Below are positions 1 through 11,891 of a DNA stretch of 32,395 bases, piece after piece. The position numbers were made by a program, and so were the translations under genes. The stretch is from Octopus bimaculoides. Lineage: Eukaryota. Where the stretch lies: positions 25,303,127-25,335,521 of the forward strand of contig NC_068983.1 in the NCBI RefSeq assembly GCF_001194135.2, given 5' to 3'. Position 1 is the stretch's first letter; each line of letters opens with the position of its first letter. The notes under the pieces were generated by a model, which did not search any database, was not told the origin of the DNA, and was given only the letters and a program-made list of their open reading frames with translations.

Positions 1-41
<41 letters not shown>
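1..41. repeat. (TA)n microsatellite
   Basis: Direct: uninterrupted TA dinucleotide run at the window start. Confidence 0.98.
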
Positions 42-44
<3 letters not shown>

Positions 45-469
45 TATGTATGTATGAATGGTGTGTGCGTATACATTTATATCTCTTTCTTTTTGGGAAG
101 CACACATTCACCAAACAATAAATTATATCTAAACGCATATTTTATCACATGGACCTTTAGACATATATTGTTAAAATGGTAACTTATTACTTATGGCAAT
201 TGAGGAATTCATTTCCATGCAACATTACACGGAATACTGAACACAGTTAATTTCAAAGTACAAAGAGAGGAAGGGGTAAAATATGATTTGGTATGACATG
301 TTCAAAGGGCCATGTTTCGAATATATAGATTCTTTTATAAGAACACAGGCAAATCATTTATTATGTCTAAACCAAAATCAATAGTGTGCTTATGGTGTTT
401 CGCATATTTGATTAATATTAATAGTTTAGCTTATATAGTATCAACAATAAATTATATTAATGGTATATA

Positions 470-500
470 GATACAGATACACACACGCATACACATATAC

Positions 501-550
<50 letters not shown>
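470..550. repeat. (TA)n/(CA)n compound microsatellite at the internal microsatellite position of SINE family A
   Basis: Direct: TA run immediately upstream of the SINE A 3' half at 557. Confidence 0.95.
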
Positions 551-552
<2 letters not shown>

Positions 553-556
553 TTTT

Positions 557-660
557 GTGTGTCTGTGTTTGTTTGTCCCCTCAACATAGCTTGGCAACCG
601 ATGCTGGTGTGTTTACGTCCCCGCAACTTAGCTGTTCGGCAAATGATCCCGATAGAATAA
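557..660 (+). mobile_element. SINE family A, internal/3'-half fragment
   Basis: gtgtgtctgtgtttg...gtcccc...caaccgatgctggtgtgtttacgtcccc...cttagc...ttcggcaaa...gatagaataa aligns by eye to the reverse complement of the full copy at 30135-30549. Confidence 0.9.
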
Positions 661-2394
661 TAATATAGATTTAATCAAAAGATTAAATGTGGTACTTAAA
701 ATGTTGTGGCACCAGAATTTGGTAGGGTAAAAACCAAAAACAAAATCAAGAGATTTGGTGAATAAAATTTGAAGGAAAGCAACAAAAATGTATTAGGTTA
801 TAGCAGTACGTACGTTTCGTACAAACTTCGTTTATTTATGTAGTGAGAACACCACATAAGATGTTCAATGAAAATGTACTCCTCAGATGCATAATGGAAG
901 TTCATTTTAGAAAGTCATTTTGCAGATGTGTTCAAATACAGGAGTAGGAGATGAAGAAAATACCATCTTGACTGGTCTGTTAATCAACAATCTAGTGAAT
1001 CAAACATGAATTTAATTTCTATATATTCTAATTGGAAGGGTAAGATAGCAATAATTTCAATTTAGAGGAAGGTAGATTAAGTAGTAAGTTACAGCAGGTT
1101 TGCGATGAAACAATCCTAATTTGTTTTTGTAGATCAATGAAAGTTCAACTGAACATCCAAAGTTAATCATCATAACGGTCAAACTATAACACTGACTAGG
1201 AGTTCTGTTTAAAGAGAAGTTATCTAAGTATATGTAAATATCAACTTAAAATATTTACAGAGAGAATTATCAGAAAATGAAATAAAATATTTTCCAATTA
1301 AACATTCTTAATTAAACAATGTTAAAAGATTATTCGTTAAGCCTTCACTGAGATTGACAAGCAAAATTTGAATAACTTACACATTAAAAAATCACCAAAT
1401 ATAGCATCTATTTTCTGAGAATTCTTTGCTTTTCAACTGGATATATTTAATATCAAAGCTGGCATTTTAAAAGGATGAACAATTTTGACTTAATTATTTT
1501 CATTTTCCCCATCACACAAGGCCACGGCTTCCGAACTAGTTTTCTATAAATATGGATTTTACACGCTGTAAATCAACAGGAATAGCAAACAAATAAACGA
1601 AGGTGAAAGCTCACTAAAGTTATGTTAACATCAATTACGCATATTTTGAACGAAAACTTTTCTAAGCAAACTTTTTAAAGCCAAGACGCTATTTATTACC
1701 ACATAGCTATATTAACATTGCAATGAATGTGATATAAAGTATTACATTTTGAGTTAAAACTGCCTATAAACTTTATCGAAATTCGTCTGATAAGTTTATG
1801 TGACTACTGTTGCTTCTTAAGTTATCTTAAGGTTTGTTTAAGATCTTTTACAAAGTAGATTATTGTCAGATTCTTGACATTTGACGATATACATTCAGGG
1901 TTAAGAATGCTATTTGGTTATGCTTATAGCGGTTACTGATAATGATAGAGCATTGAATTAGTTTAAACATTCATAAGTCCTTGCTTTAATCATCAATACT
2001 GGTCAGAATGAAATTCAACAGAAACCGGAATAGCGAAAGTAAACAAGGACAAGACAACGAACCAAATATAATATAAATATTAAATATATTTGCAGACGAG
2101 ATATTAGTTACTAAGAGTCGCGCTTAGAAACGCTATTGTGAAGATGACAAAATTGCTAATCATATATGTGAGATTTTAAATCAAATATTTAACATATTAC
2201 GGTGTATATATTCTGACATATACATAAACAGATGTAGAAAGATAAATGTATTCGAGACATTGTCTATGATAACAAACTAAAAGGGAGAAGCTAAGCGAGA
2301 AGAATATACGACATTAGTTACAGCAAACTTATGAATGGGAACTTGCAATGTCTCGTAAATAATAATTCTGCGGAAAATATGTGTTGATGCAAAT

Positions 2395-2403
2395 GTACAC
2401 ACG

Positions 2404-2479
<76 letters not shown>

Positions 2480-2483
2480 CACA
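2395..2483. repeat. (CA)n microsatellite
   Basis: Direct: long CA run. Confidence 0.98.
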
Positions 2484-3485
2484 TGCATAGAAATGTAGCC
2501 CATTATAAACAAAGGAAGACTGAACAATAATTCAAACTTTAACGAATTAATTAGTATTTCACAACATATTCTAATTACGTTCGAAATGTTTTTATAGTTA
2601 TTGAATGGCTATATTAGATATCGATTCGTTGCATTGAAATCGAACACCAACGTAATTCGAAACAATGAGCAAAAAGCACTCAGTCATTTCGAGAGTACAC
2701 ATAAAAAAATCTACTGAAGCACGCATTTCGATACCCTAAATCACTAAGAACTAACCCTAATCCCAACACACACATTCATACCTTCATACCCACAAAGATG
2801 ATCATCCCAAACTCACGCTGCCCAATGAAATATACAAACAAATCTCTTCCATTAATTTACCAATTTCCTTATGGCTCACCTAATTCTCCACCACGTAAAG
2901 AACAATCCATTCTTGACGATTATGAAATATTACTTACAATATTAGAAATTTATCGCTCCCCACAAATATATATTATTGAATAATCGGTTTTACAGATAGT
3001 TTGACAAAGTATAAACTTTCAAAAAACTAATGTTTAAACTTCCCTAATTTAGACGAAAACAAATTTCCTAATAAGAAACCCATTTTAGTATGGCATGACT
3101 ATTTAAAACACAACGCATTTCGTACCAAAATAAGAAAAAATAAACTTCACCCCAAAATGCAAACTTCCTTAATTAGATATAGAAACCAATTCAGTACATT
3201 CGCAAACAGAAACTCACGTAGACATTTTAAACACGTCGGAATCATTCATAAAGGCAAGAAGTATAAAATAATTACACAGTACAATCAATAACTCGAGTCA
3301 CGGTATAAAAAGTTCAGAAAATCCGCCTGTGGTTAAACAAGTAGTTACAACCATCTGTCATTTTGACGTGGCTACTTGTTTTACTGTTTTGTCTACGTTA
3401 TTACTCTATCTCTTCTTGAGATTTTATAATTAGCTATTTTGCTTGTTATATACACATGTATATGCATATATATTTCCATGTATGT

Positions 3486-3495
3486 ACACACACAC

Positions 3496-3532
<37 letters not shown>

Positions 3533-3590
3533 CATACACAACACACACACACACACTCACACAAAACACACATACACACATACACACATT
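3486..3590. repeat. (CA)n imperfect microsatellite
   Basis: Direct: interrupted CA run. Confidence 0.95.
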
Positions 3591-3794
3591 CCAAACTGTA
3601 CCTACACGTCTACTGTTGGCAATTTTTTTTCATCTTTCCTACGTTTATTTTGGACTTTCCTATGTCTCCTGTTTCTGAAGAAGAGCTTTGTTCGAAACGT
3701 AAAACAGCCACTCTTTCTTTCCTTCTCTGAGCGACTTATTAATACTTTGCATGTACCACGTTCCCGTGTTTTTGTTCTTTCTCTTAGCTTTCTT

Positions 3795-4085
3795 TGCAAC
3801 AGCTTGGGATTCAGGGGCCCACAGCTTTTTAATATTCTCCCAAAGAGCCTGAGGAATCTGCACAAAGTAGATGTAGGAGTTTTTAAATCAAAGCTGGACC
3901 TCTTCCTATCGAGAGTCCCAGATGAACCTACCTCGCGGCAGGAGGTGCAAATGAGAGTTGCTAAATCAAACTCCATTCTTCACCAAGTGCCACATATTGT
4001 AAGAGGCTCCCTGTAATAACAGTGTAGCAACACGGTGGTGCATCAGCATGGCCGCAGCTCTGAGCTGAAACTTTGAAATGAAATA
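3795..4085 (+). mobile_element. 5'-truncated non-LTR retrotransposon (CR1/L2-group LINE): ORF2 C-terminus plus 3' UTR
   Basis: Translation CNSLGFRGPQLFNILPKSLRNLHKVDVGVFKSKLDLFLSRVPDEP...AKSNSILHQ (stop at 4016) matches the typical post-RT C-terminus of CR1/L2-group ORF2. It is followed by a short 3' UTR with a hairpin (4055-4067). The exact clade cannot be assigned by eye. Confidence 0.85.
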
Positions 4086-4121
4086 NNNNNNNNNNNNNNN
4101 NNNNNNNNNNNNNNNNNNNNN
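4086..4121. other. Assembly gap
   Basis: Run of N. Confidence 1.
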
Positions 4122-4156
<35 letters not shown>

Positions 4157-5544
4157 ATATGTATGTATATGCATGTATGTATAAGAATTTTAGGAGGACA
4201 AGTTACGTCGAAGCACTGCTTGGATCCTACTTACCTGAAGACGAGCTTTCATACTGGTATTTTTGAAGCATATTAATGCAATAATGTGCATAAATATGCA
4301 ACATTTAGCAATCACCAGCTGATACTGATGCGCCCAAACAATTGTAGCGAGTTGTAATAAAACCTGTTCATTTCGTCTTCTTGTATTAATAATTCTTTTA
4401 CATATATATATCCAGTGAAAGTAGACGCCCTACTGTATGATAGCGCTGGTAGCAGATACCCGAAGAGGAGCATCGAAAAGCATACTATAAGGTTTTTTAC
4501 CAAGTTAATATATTATTACACACGCACACACACACACTAATACACACACACGCGCGCGCTAACACATATGTATATGCATGTGTGTTTGTGCATTTGTACG
4601 GGTGTGATCTTTGAGATTCGGTTAAGTACTTCATAGAATTCAAGCCGTTCGCTGGCAGCGTAACAGGACTGTTCTGCATGAGTGAATTCAATTTGTGACA
4701 TTTGGGAATATGTTAGATAGAACACGTACATATGAAAGTGCATATGTGGACATATTCGTATTGCGCATATTTTTCTTTTAGTTTCAAAATTGCGTCTTTT
4801 ATTATTTTACGTATGTGTAATGTCATATGGTCATGCGCATCTGTCCGTATATTCACTAATGGGAACTCAACAGGCAATTAGTTGGAATGTTTTATAAATC
4901 CGCACTCTACCACTAATGGATTGTATCTAAATGATGCGTGATCCTTTCCTTTGATTTTTCTTGGAGAAACCCAGCATTTCCAGGCTTTTATGTAAATCTG
5001 TTGATACAAAATTCGGTGCACCTATGATAGAAGAAAAAAAAAACGAAAATATGTAGCCCTAAAGTGAGAGCTATACGCATTTCATTTACGAGTGAAACGT
5101 GGACATTTAGATTTATTTATCGCCGTCATTTATGGGGATTTAGAACTTGTCACTTGTTACTTAATAGCAAACATGTAACATGCAAAATGATATGTATTAT
5201 ATTTATCACATTTCCAAGAATACTACATTCCTTGTTGATAATATACACTACGTTTTGCTTACATATTTTAGTCTGGCTAACTTAGTTCATATCGAACATC
5301 TGTAAACTCAAATACCTATATGGACTAAATTTATGCTTCTGACACAAAATCTCCATTTACCATAGAGATTGTTGGGGATATTGATAGTATGTAATTGTGG
5401 CATTCAAGTTATTTCAAGTATTCAATCTAGTATCCCAAGCGTTGGCACTACTACTGACACAGCAAAAAACATTACAAGAAGCTGTCTCATTAAATATAGA
5501 TATATCTCAGCTCTGAAGTTTACCGAAATAATTATATGTGTATA

Positions 5545-5575
5545 TGTATATACGTGTATGCCAATATATATACAT

Positions 5576-5645
<70 letters not shown>

Positions 5646-5705
5646 GTATATATATACATATATACATATATATATATATATATGTGAGTGTGTGTTTGTG
5701 TGTGT
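5545..5705. repeat. Compound (TA)n/(TATG)n/(TG)n microsatellite
   Basis: Direct. Confidence 0.95.
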
Positions 5706-6138
5706 GCACTTCATATCTCTGCTTTCCTTTTTTATTTGTATTTTGCTGCAAACATGAAATCCCAGACGGTCTGGAAAAGTATGATAAAATTGTCATATGT
5801 AAATATGATACTAGGAATGTCTGCATTTTAATGAACAAAGAGGCATCTATATCACAAAAATTGAAATCAATAATATGTTTGGATGATATCAGCAAATTTG
5901 TGAAAATTAAGAGAGACAACACTGTAGAACCATGAACGAAACTTACCAAATTAATTAGAGTTCAAAACACAAATAGAATCTAATTATTTCCAGTATGTAA
6001 GAATGTACATCTACGGAAACGTAGTCTTGAAAACAGAATAGCACGTCAACAAAATAATATTGATTTCTAATACATAAGACCAAATATTCTTTGGACAGAT
6101 ACTAGTCGATTACATCATGGCTCTAATTTTGCACATTC

Positions 6139-6344
6139 TTAAGTATGAAAGGCAGATTCAGAATATAAAAGAACGTAAGTAAATAAAACGAGACATTTTT
6201 CAGCATTCACTGAGACATAACAGCAATGACACCGCAAATAGGAAACATGATCACCATGTGATAACAAAGGGTAAGTGATATTGTATCTTATCAATGCAAC
6301 AGAAGGAATGCTAAATAGACCAAGAGGTATCAAAGCAAACATCA
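6139..6344 (-). CDS. Candidate (terminal?) coding exon with a hydrophobic N-terminal stretch, product unknown
   Basis: Strong minus-strand acceptor (ttttcttgtttttttttcttttaag). Only the phase-1 frame is open: MFALIPLGLFSIPSVALIRYNITYPLL...AFHT*. No family recognised. Confidence 0.2.
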
Positions 6345-6462
6345 CTTAAAAGAAAAAAAACAAGAAAAGCATGTTTTAAAATATGCAATGATGCACATGA
6401 CGGCAATGGCGTGCTGCTAGTGATGCAGTTGAAACGCACATGACGCATATAACATTTTCAAC

Positions 6463-6485
6463 ATGATGATGACGATACTGCTGCC

Positions 6486-6525
<40 letters not shown>

Positions 6526-6535
6526 AAGGTGGTGA
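6463..6535. repeat. (GCT)n/(GAT)n trinucleotide microsatellite
   Basis: Direct. It produces the spurious His/Gln run in ORF 6376..6606. Confidence 0.9.
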
Positions 6536-6717
6536 TATTGATCTGTATTAGCTAAAATAAATTGAAAAGTTACAGAAAAATACAGAGTTAACAAAGATGT
6601 TAGCAAAGGAACGGATGGACAGAGGCTGATACATTAACAATGCCAGGAGTGACATTTTGCGAATCGTTTGGGGTAGAAAAATATCTATATTTCTGTGATC
6701 TTTCCTACCGTAAAGCT

Positions 6718-6876
6718 CAGATTTGCTTGTCAGTTGTTTGACCTTAACCAGTTGAGCATGTCCCTTGTTGGCTGACGATATGTGCATCTCTGATCACGAG
6801 CAGAAGTAGTGGGGGAGCATCATAGCCATGTGTTGAGAGGAATTCTTTGGGGTTTGAATAATTCACCTTTGTAAAC
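6718..6876 (-). repeat. Unclassified interspersed repeat, copy 1 (runs into a gap)
   Basis: Its reverse complement aligns to 15902-16043, with exact 23-nt (ctctcaacacatggctatgatgc) and 18-nt (tgatcagagatgcacata) blocks. Strand is given relative to copy 2. Confidence 0.85.
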
Positions 6877-7196
6877 NNNNNNNNNNNNNNNNNNNNNNNN
6901 NNNNNNNNNNNNNNNNNNNNNNNNNNNNNNNNNNNNNNNNNNNNNNNNNNNNNNNNNNNNNNNNNNNNNNNNNNNNNNNNNNNNNNNNNNNNNNNNNNNN
7001 NNNNNNNNNNNNNNNNNNNNNNNNNNNNNNNNNNNNNNNNNNNNNNNNNNNNNNNNNNNNNNNNNNNNNNNNNNNNNNNNNNNNNNNNNNNNNNNNNNNN
7101 NNNNNNNNNNNNNNNNNNNNNNNNNNNNNNNNNNNNNNNNNNNNNNNNNNNNNNNNNNNNNNNNNNNNNNNNNNNNNNNNNNNNNNNNNNNNNNNN
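6877..7196. other. Assembly gap
   Basis: Run of N. Confidence 1.
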
Positions 7197-7370
7197 AAAT
7201 ATATATAACATACAGAAAATTGCACTACTGGGCACTGCACACATCCTACGCAAAACACTTTCAATACAGTAACCATAAGAGCATCACAGCAAACCACAGC
7301 ACATACCCAAGGCACACAGAGCTGCGCTCGGTAGTGAAGTGAAAGCACGTTATAAAAATAAAACTACTGA
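7197..7370 (+). mobile_element. 3' end of an R4/Dong-clade non-LTR retrotransposon
   Basis: Translation IYNIQKIALLGTAHILRKTLSIQ* (stop 7270-7272) matches the QKxxLLGTAHILRKxL C-terminus of R4/Dong ORFs. A ~100-nt 3' UTR follows, then a (TAA)n tract. Confidence 0.8.
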
Positions 7371-7391
7371 ACAACAACAATAAAGATGACG

Positions 7392-7486
<95 letters not shown>

Positions 7487-7502
7487 AAGAATAGTAATAA
7501 TA
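7370..7502. repeat. (AAC)/(AAT)n/(AAG)n compound trinucleotide microsatellite
   Basis: Direct. Confidence 0.97.
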
Positions 7503-8045
7503 ATCCTTATTTTTTAACAAAGCCAGCAATTTAGAGAGTGGTGAATGTCAATTACATCGACTCCAGTGCTTATCTAATACTTATGTTCTCGACTTCGAAA
7601 GGATGAAAAGCAAAACATCAACAATAGTTTTCTTATTTACCAGAGGCAAAATGGCAGATGGGACAGAATAAAGACTAAGTAAATGTTTCAAATGATTATA
7701 ATATATTACCAGATACATTTTTGAGAAATTCTTAATAAGATTTGTCGCATTACTTAGTGTTGTTATCATTTTGAAATACACAGGCGTGTTGCCAAATGAA
7801 GTTATATTTCATTGCTTCTGACCACAGTTACTATAAAACATCAATCTATTTTTCTCCTTCACCGTTCCTTTCAAAATCCTATTACATATAAACTGTCTTT
7901 ATCAATATATCTGAATGTTTTCTTCATATACTTCAATGAGCGTCAGCCTCTCTCAGTTTATTTACATAGAACGCTTGTCCACATAGACATACACATGTTT
8001 TTGCGTATGTTTGCAGATATAGGTATATACGCATTAGAGTACGCA

Positions 8046-8140
8046 TGTGGTTCGAGACCCGTAGGCGATGTTACAAAAATTTCCATCCACTTCTGTATCA
8101 CACACACACGCACATTCATTCACACGCACAGACACTCACG

Positions 8141-8183
<43 letters not shown>

Positions 8184-8197
8184 TACATATATGTTAT
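8046..8197 (+). repeat. Left arm of an inverted duplication (partner 9107-9233)
   Basis: Identical to the reverse complement of 9107-9233 in all called bases, apart from the N-gap and CA tract in the partner. Confidence 0.9.
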
Positions 8198-8741
8198 NNN
8201 NNNNNNNNNNNNNNNNNNNNNNNNNNNNNNNNNNNNNNNNNNNNNNNNNNNNNNNNNNNNNNNNNNNNNNNNNNNNNNNNNNNNNNNNNNNNNNNNNNNN
8301 NNNNNNNNNNNNNNNNNNNNNNNNNNNNNNNNNNNNNNNNNNNNNNNNNNNNNNNNNNNNNNNNNNNNNNNNNNNNNNNNNNNNNNNNNNNNNNNNNNNN
8401 NNNNNNNNNNNNNNNNNNNNNNNNNNNNNNNNNNNNNNNNNNNNNNNNNNNNNNNNNNNNNNNNNNNNNNNNNNNNNNNNNNNNNNNNNNNNNNNNNNNN
8501 NNNNNNNNNNNNNNNNNNNNNNNNNNNNNNNNNNNNNNNNNNNNNNNNNNNNNNNNNNNNNNNNNNNNNNNNNNNNNNNNNNNNNNNNNNNNNNNNNNNN
8601 NNNNNNNNNNNNNNNNNNNNNNNNNNNNNNNNNNNNNNNNNNNNNNNNNNNNNNNNNNNNNNNNNNNNNNNNNNNNNNNNNNNNNNNNNNNNNNNNNNNN
8701 NNNNNNNNNNNNNNNNNNNNNNNNNNNNNNNNNNNNNNNNN
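8198..8741. other. Assembly gap
   Basis: Run of N. Confidence 1.
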
Positions 8742-8786
<45 letters not shown>

Positions 8787-8854
8787 ATATGTGTATATAT
8801 ACATATATATATATGTGCGTGTGTATTTATATATGCATATATATGTATATATAT

Positions 8855-9051
8855 GTGTGTCTGTGTTTGTTCTCCCACCACCACCGTGATTGGTGTGTTT
8901 ACGTTCCCGTAACATAGCGTTTCGGCAGAAGAGAACGATAGTATAAGTACTAGGCCTACATAGAATAAATCCTGGAGTTGATTTGTATGACTAAAGGCAG
9001 TGCTGCAGCATGACCGCAGTCAAATGACTGTAGCAAGTAAAAGAATAAAAG
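8855..9051 (+). mobile_element. SINE family A, 3' half with tail
   Basis: Aligns to the reverse complement of 30135-30350. It ends in gcagtgctgcagcatgaccgcagtcaaatgactg...aagtaaaagaataaaag and is preceded by a TA microsatellite and a gap. Confidence 0.9.
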
Positions 9052-9069
9052 TGTGTATATATGTATGTT

Positions 9070-9106
<37 letters not shown>

Positions 9107-9110
<4 letters not shown>

Positions 9111-9228
9111 CATATATGTAGTATATGTGTGTGTGTGTGNNNNNNNNNNGTGCGTGTGAATGAATGTGCGTGTGTGTGTGATACAGAAGTGGATGGAAAT
9201 TTTTGTAACATCGCCTACGGGTCTCGAA

Positions 9229-9233
<5 letters not shown>
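9107..9233 (-). repeat. Right arm of an inverted duplication (partner 8046-8197), contains gap 9140-9149
   Basis: Direct reverse-complement match. Confidence 0.9.
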
Positions 9234-9265
<32 letters not shown>

Positions 9266-10559
9266 TACTTATTAAGTGAGATGTACTTACATATAAGCTT
9301 ATACAACAAAAATGAGCGAGAATTTGAATGCTTAATGCTGATATATAATTAAACTCGTATCCTGCTGTATTTTATACAAATATCCAGTAGACGTACGATG
9401 CATAACTCTGAAATATTCCATTGAGCATATAATAATTTAGCGACGTATCGCATCAGCACTGAATTCAGCAACGGTTCGATAGTTTATAATACTCAATTCC
9501 ACAGTCCTGATGAGAATAAGGCTGAGATAAAAATGTTATGGTCTATCTGATTATGTGGTATTACGAGTCGAAGCTTTCAATAATGCACTGTTGACATGGT
9601 AGTATAAATCCCTCTCGAGGCATTAGCTGAATTATCTGGAATTTGTGTCAACTAGCGTAATATGAATCCTAATGGCGAAGAAAATTAAATCTGGACATCG
9701 TTTCTCATTCCATTGCTTAACTGAGCAAAATACCATTAACGGTACACCGTATCGCTATAATTAAAACAAATATTGAATCGTTTTAATGTCATCGTTATTT
9801 GTATTTTATATCAACATTGTATTATATAAGAAAGAAGATATAAGAAAATGTTCTCTTTAGTATATCTTAAACTGATCTAATGTATACAGAATTTCTGCAT
9901 AAGCAATACTTTTGTGCATTAGTATTCATTTCCATTCTTCTTTTCGTGCCAAAATTTTAAGTCCACTTTTACTTCTTAGTGTTGTCATAGCATTTAGTCA
10001 CGGCAAAACAAAAGTAACCAATTCATTTACGTACTTCTGCGAGCTCTTTAATTCAAAACGAGAAAACATAACAGTTACTATTGATGGGTGTTGAAAACCA
10101 TTTCCGACTAAAAATAATAATAAAACAGAAATGAGCAAACGGACTAATTTTTCTTTAAAAGTCAGTTGCTTCATTCGTGGTGTTTATCCTTTACTTTTGT
10201 AGATATACAAACATCCTTCTACATTTCTACATTGGCTTTCCCTCATCACTTTTCTTTTCCTCCCACTACCATGTGACCCTTGACCATTCTCTTCTCTCTC
10301 TTCTTCCTTTTTCACCTGACCGTTGACCCGTTCAGTCACGTTTCTCTCGTCTCTTTCTCTACTTTTAACATGGTTTCTTCTTTGACCGTCCGTTATTTTC
10401 ACATTTCGTTCTGGTTTACAATTTCTTCCCCCTTCACCTCCACTCCTATAGAACATTTCACTTTGCATTAGTAATGTATTCCTCTCATCATAGTGTCACA
10501 CAACATTATCATGTTTGTATGACGTACAATTTTTGTCTGTATTTTCACATTTGAATCGT

Positions 10560-10740
10560 GTTTGTTTTGCTCACTGTCTCGAACGTTCATCGACTATTCC
10601 CAGCAGCCTCTCTCCGCTGACGCCTCCAAAAGGAAATAATATTATCATTAAAGGCGTGAAACAGTAAGGTACTTTCCGACGATAACAGACGAGGAATTAG
10701 CAACATCCCGGTTTTTGCGTGTACATTTCGCCTGTTCCTT
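10560..10740. promoter_or_regulatory. Possible CpG-rich promoter or first-exon region
   Basis: Local CpG enrichment after a pyrimidine-rich stretch (10240-10450), with plus-strand donor-like sites at 10664 (ACA/GTAAGG) and 10669. No transcript evidence. Confidence 0.25.
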
Positions 10741-11891
10741 TATTGTGTCTCTGTTTAAATTTTGGAACTACATGAATATATTACTAAAGTTTATGTTGAA
10801 CGAAACATAAGGCAAAATAGTCTGCTTAGATTCAGGTTAGTATAATCCAGGAAACATGATCAAAAGCACTCCAAACATGTACATCCCATGTATTGTTTGT
10901 CTAGGACGAAGGTGTCGAAATAGAACTTCGTTCTCTACTTTTTAAACAGGTTTTGAAACAAGGCGGAGTTCGGTTACTATTTATCTTGCAGTTTGAAAAA
11001 AACATTCACTCGTCTCTTTCTTTCATAATTAGTACTTAAAATTCTGGATGATGTTTTGATTCATCATCGCTTGGATACTAATAAAGAAGCGATTTGTTAA
11101 AAGTGGTTGTGTTTATTACTAAGCTGTCGTATCTGTGGGTTAAGTGTTGGTTTCCATGTTGTTATTAATAAGAGTTCCATTATCTCCTTTTAATTCAAGT
11201 CGAATACTAAGAAAAGTAATATTATCAACTTAAGCTTTTCCATCCACTTTTCTTTCTTTATCAGTATCGTAAAGCACAGCAATAAATCCATGTTAGTTCA
11301 ATATACGCTGGTAAGAATATGTCGTACGTGGGTATTTGTTATAACATTCATTTTCACTCAGGAACAGCATGCTAACGTTGACATTTATGCTAAACTGATT
11401 TTGTAGAGTAGGTTCGTAGTTTACGGCACTGAGGTTCTGTTGGTGAGGAGATACAGTTTTATTGTATATTTGCAGTATATACTTAGCGTCTGTATGAGAT
11501 TAGATCTGATAAATGTTTAAGACGCATTCATCCCTTTTATACCTATGGTGTACTTGGTTTATATAAGCTACTATATGGCTTGTGTGTTTTACTAAGTATT
11601 TCGTATCACTATGTTAAATCTGTCTTCGTATTATTGTACAGTTTGGTCAACGAACACGGAATTGTCATGGTTTTGTTTGATTTTACCACGACATTATTGT
11701 CTAGTGTTTGCTTTATTCTTAGCGATTCTTCTTCAAAGAACTTAACATCTGTCTAGGATTGACAAACTAAACGCCGATAAAATACTGGATTCGTAATGAC
11801 TGACTACTCCACTTTCTCAAAAGATATGACTTACTCCGTATATCAGTAATCGAAAAAACGTTATTATTGCTATTGTTGTTGTTGTTCTGAA

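Noticed and set aside
3456-4016. 186-aa ORF as a host gene
   Set aside because: The N-terminal part is a CA repeat. Only the last ~70 codons are meaningful, and they are LINE ORF2.
5745-5935. ILMNK...ICLDDISKF as a LINE RT YADD region
   Set aside because: The spacing to an upstream GVPQG-like motif is wrong, and the similarity is too weak.
6376-6606. Poly-His/poly-Gln transcription-factor-like ORF
   Set aside because: It is explained by a GAT/GCT trinucleotide microsatellite, with no flanking domain.
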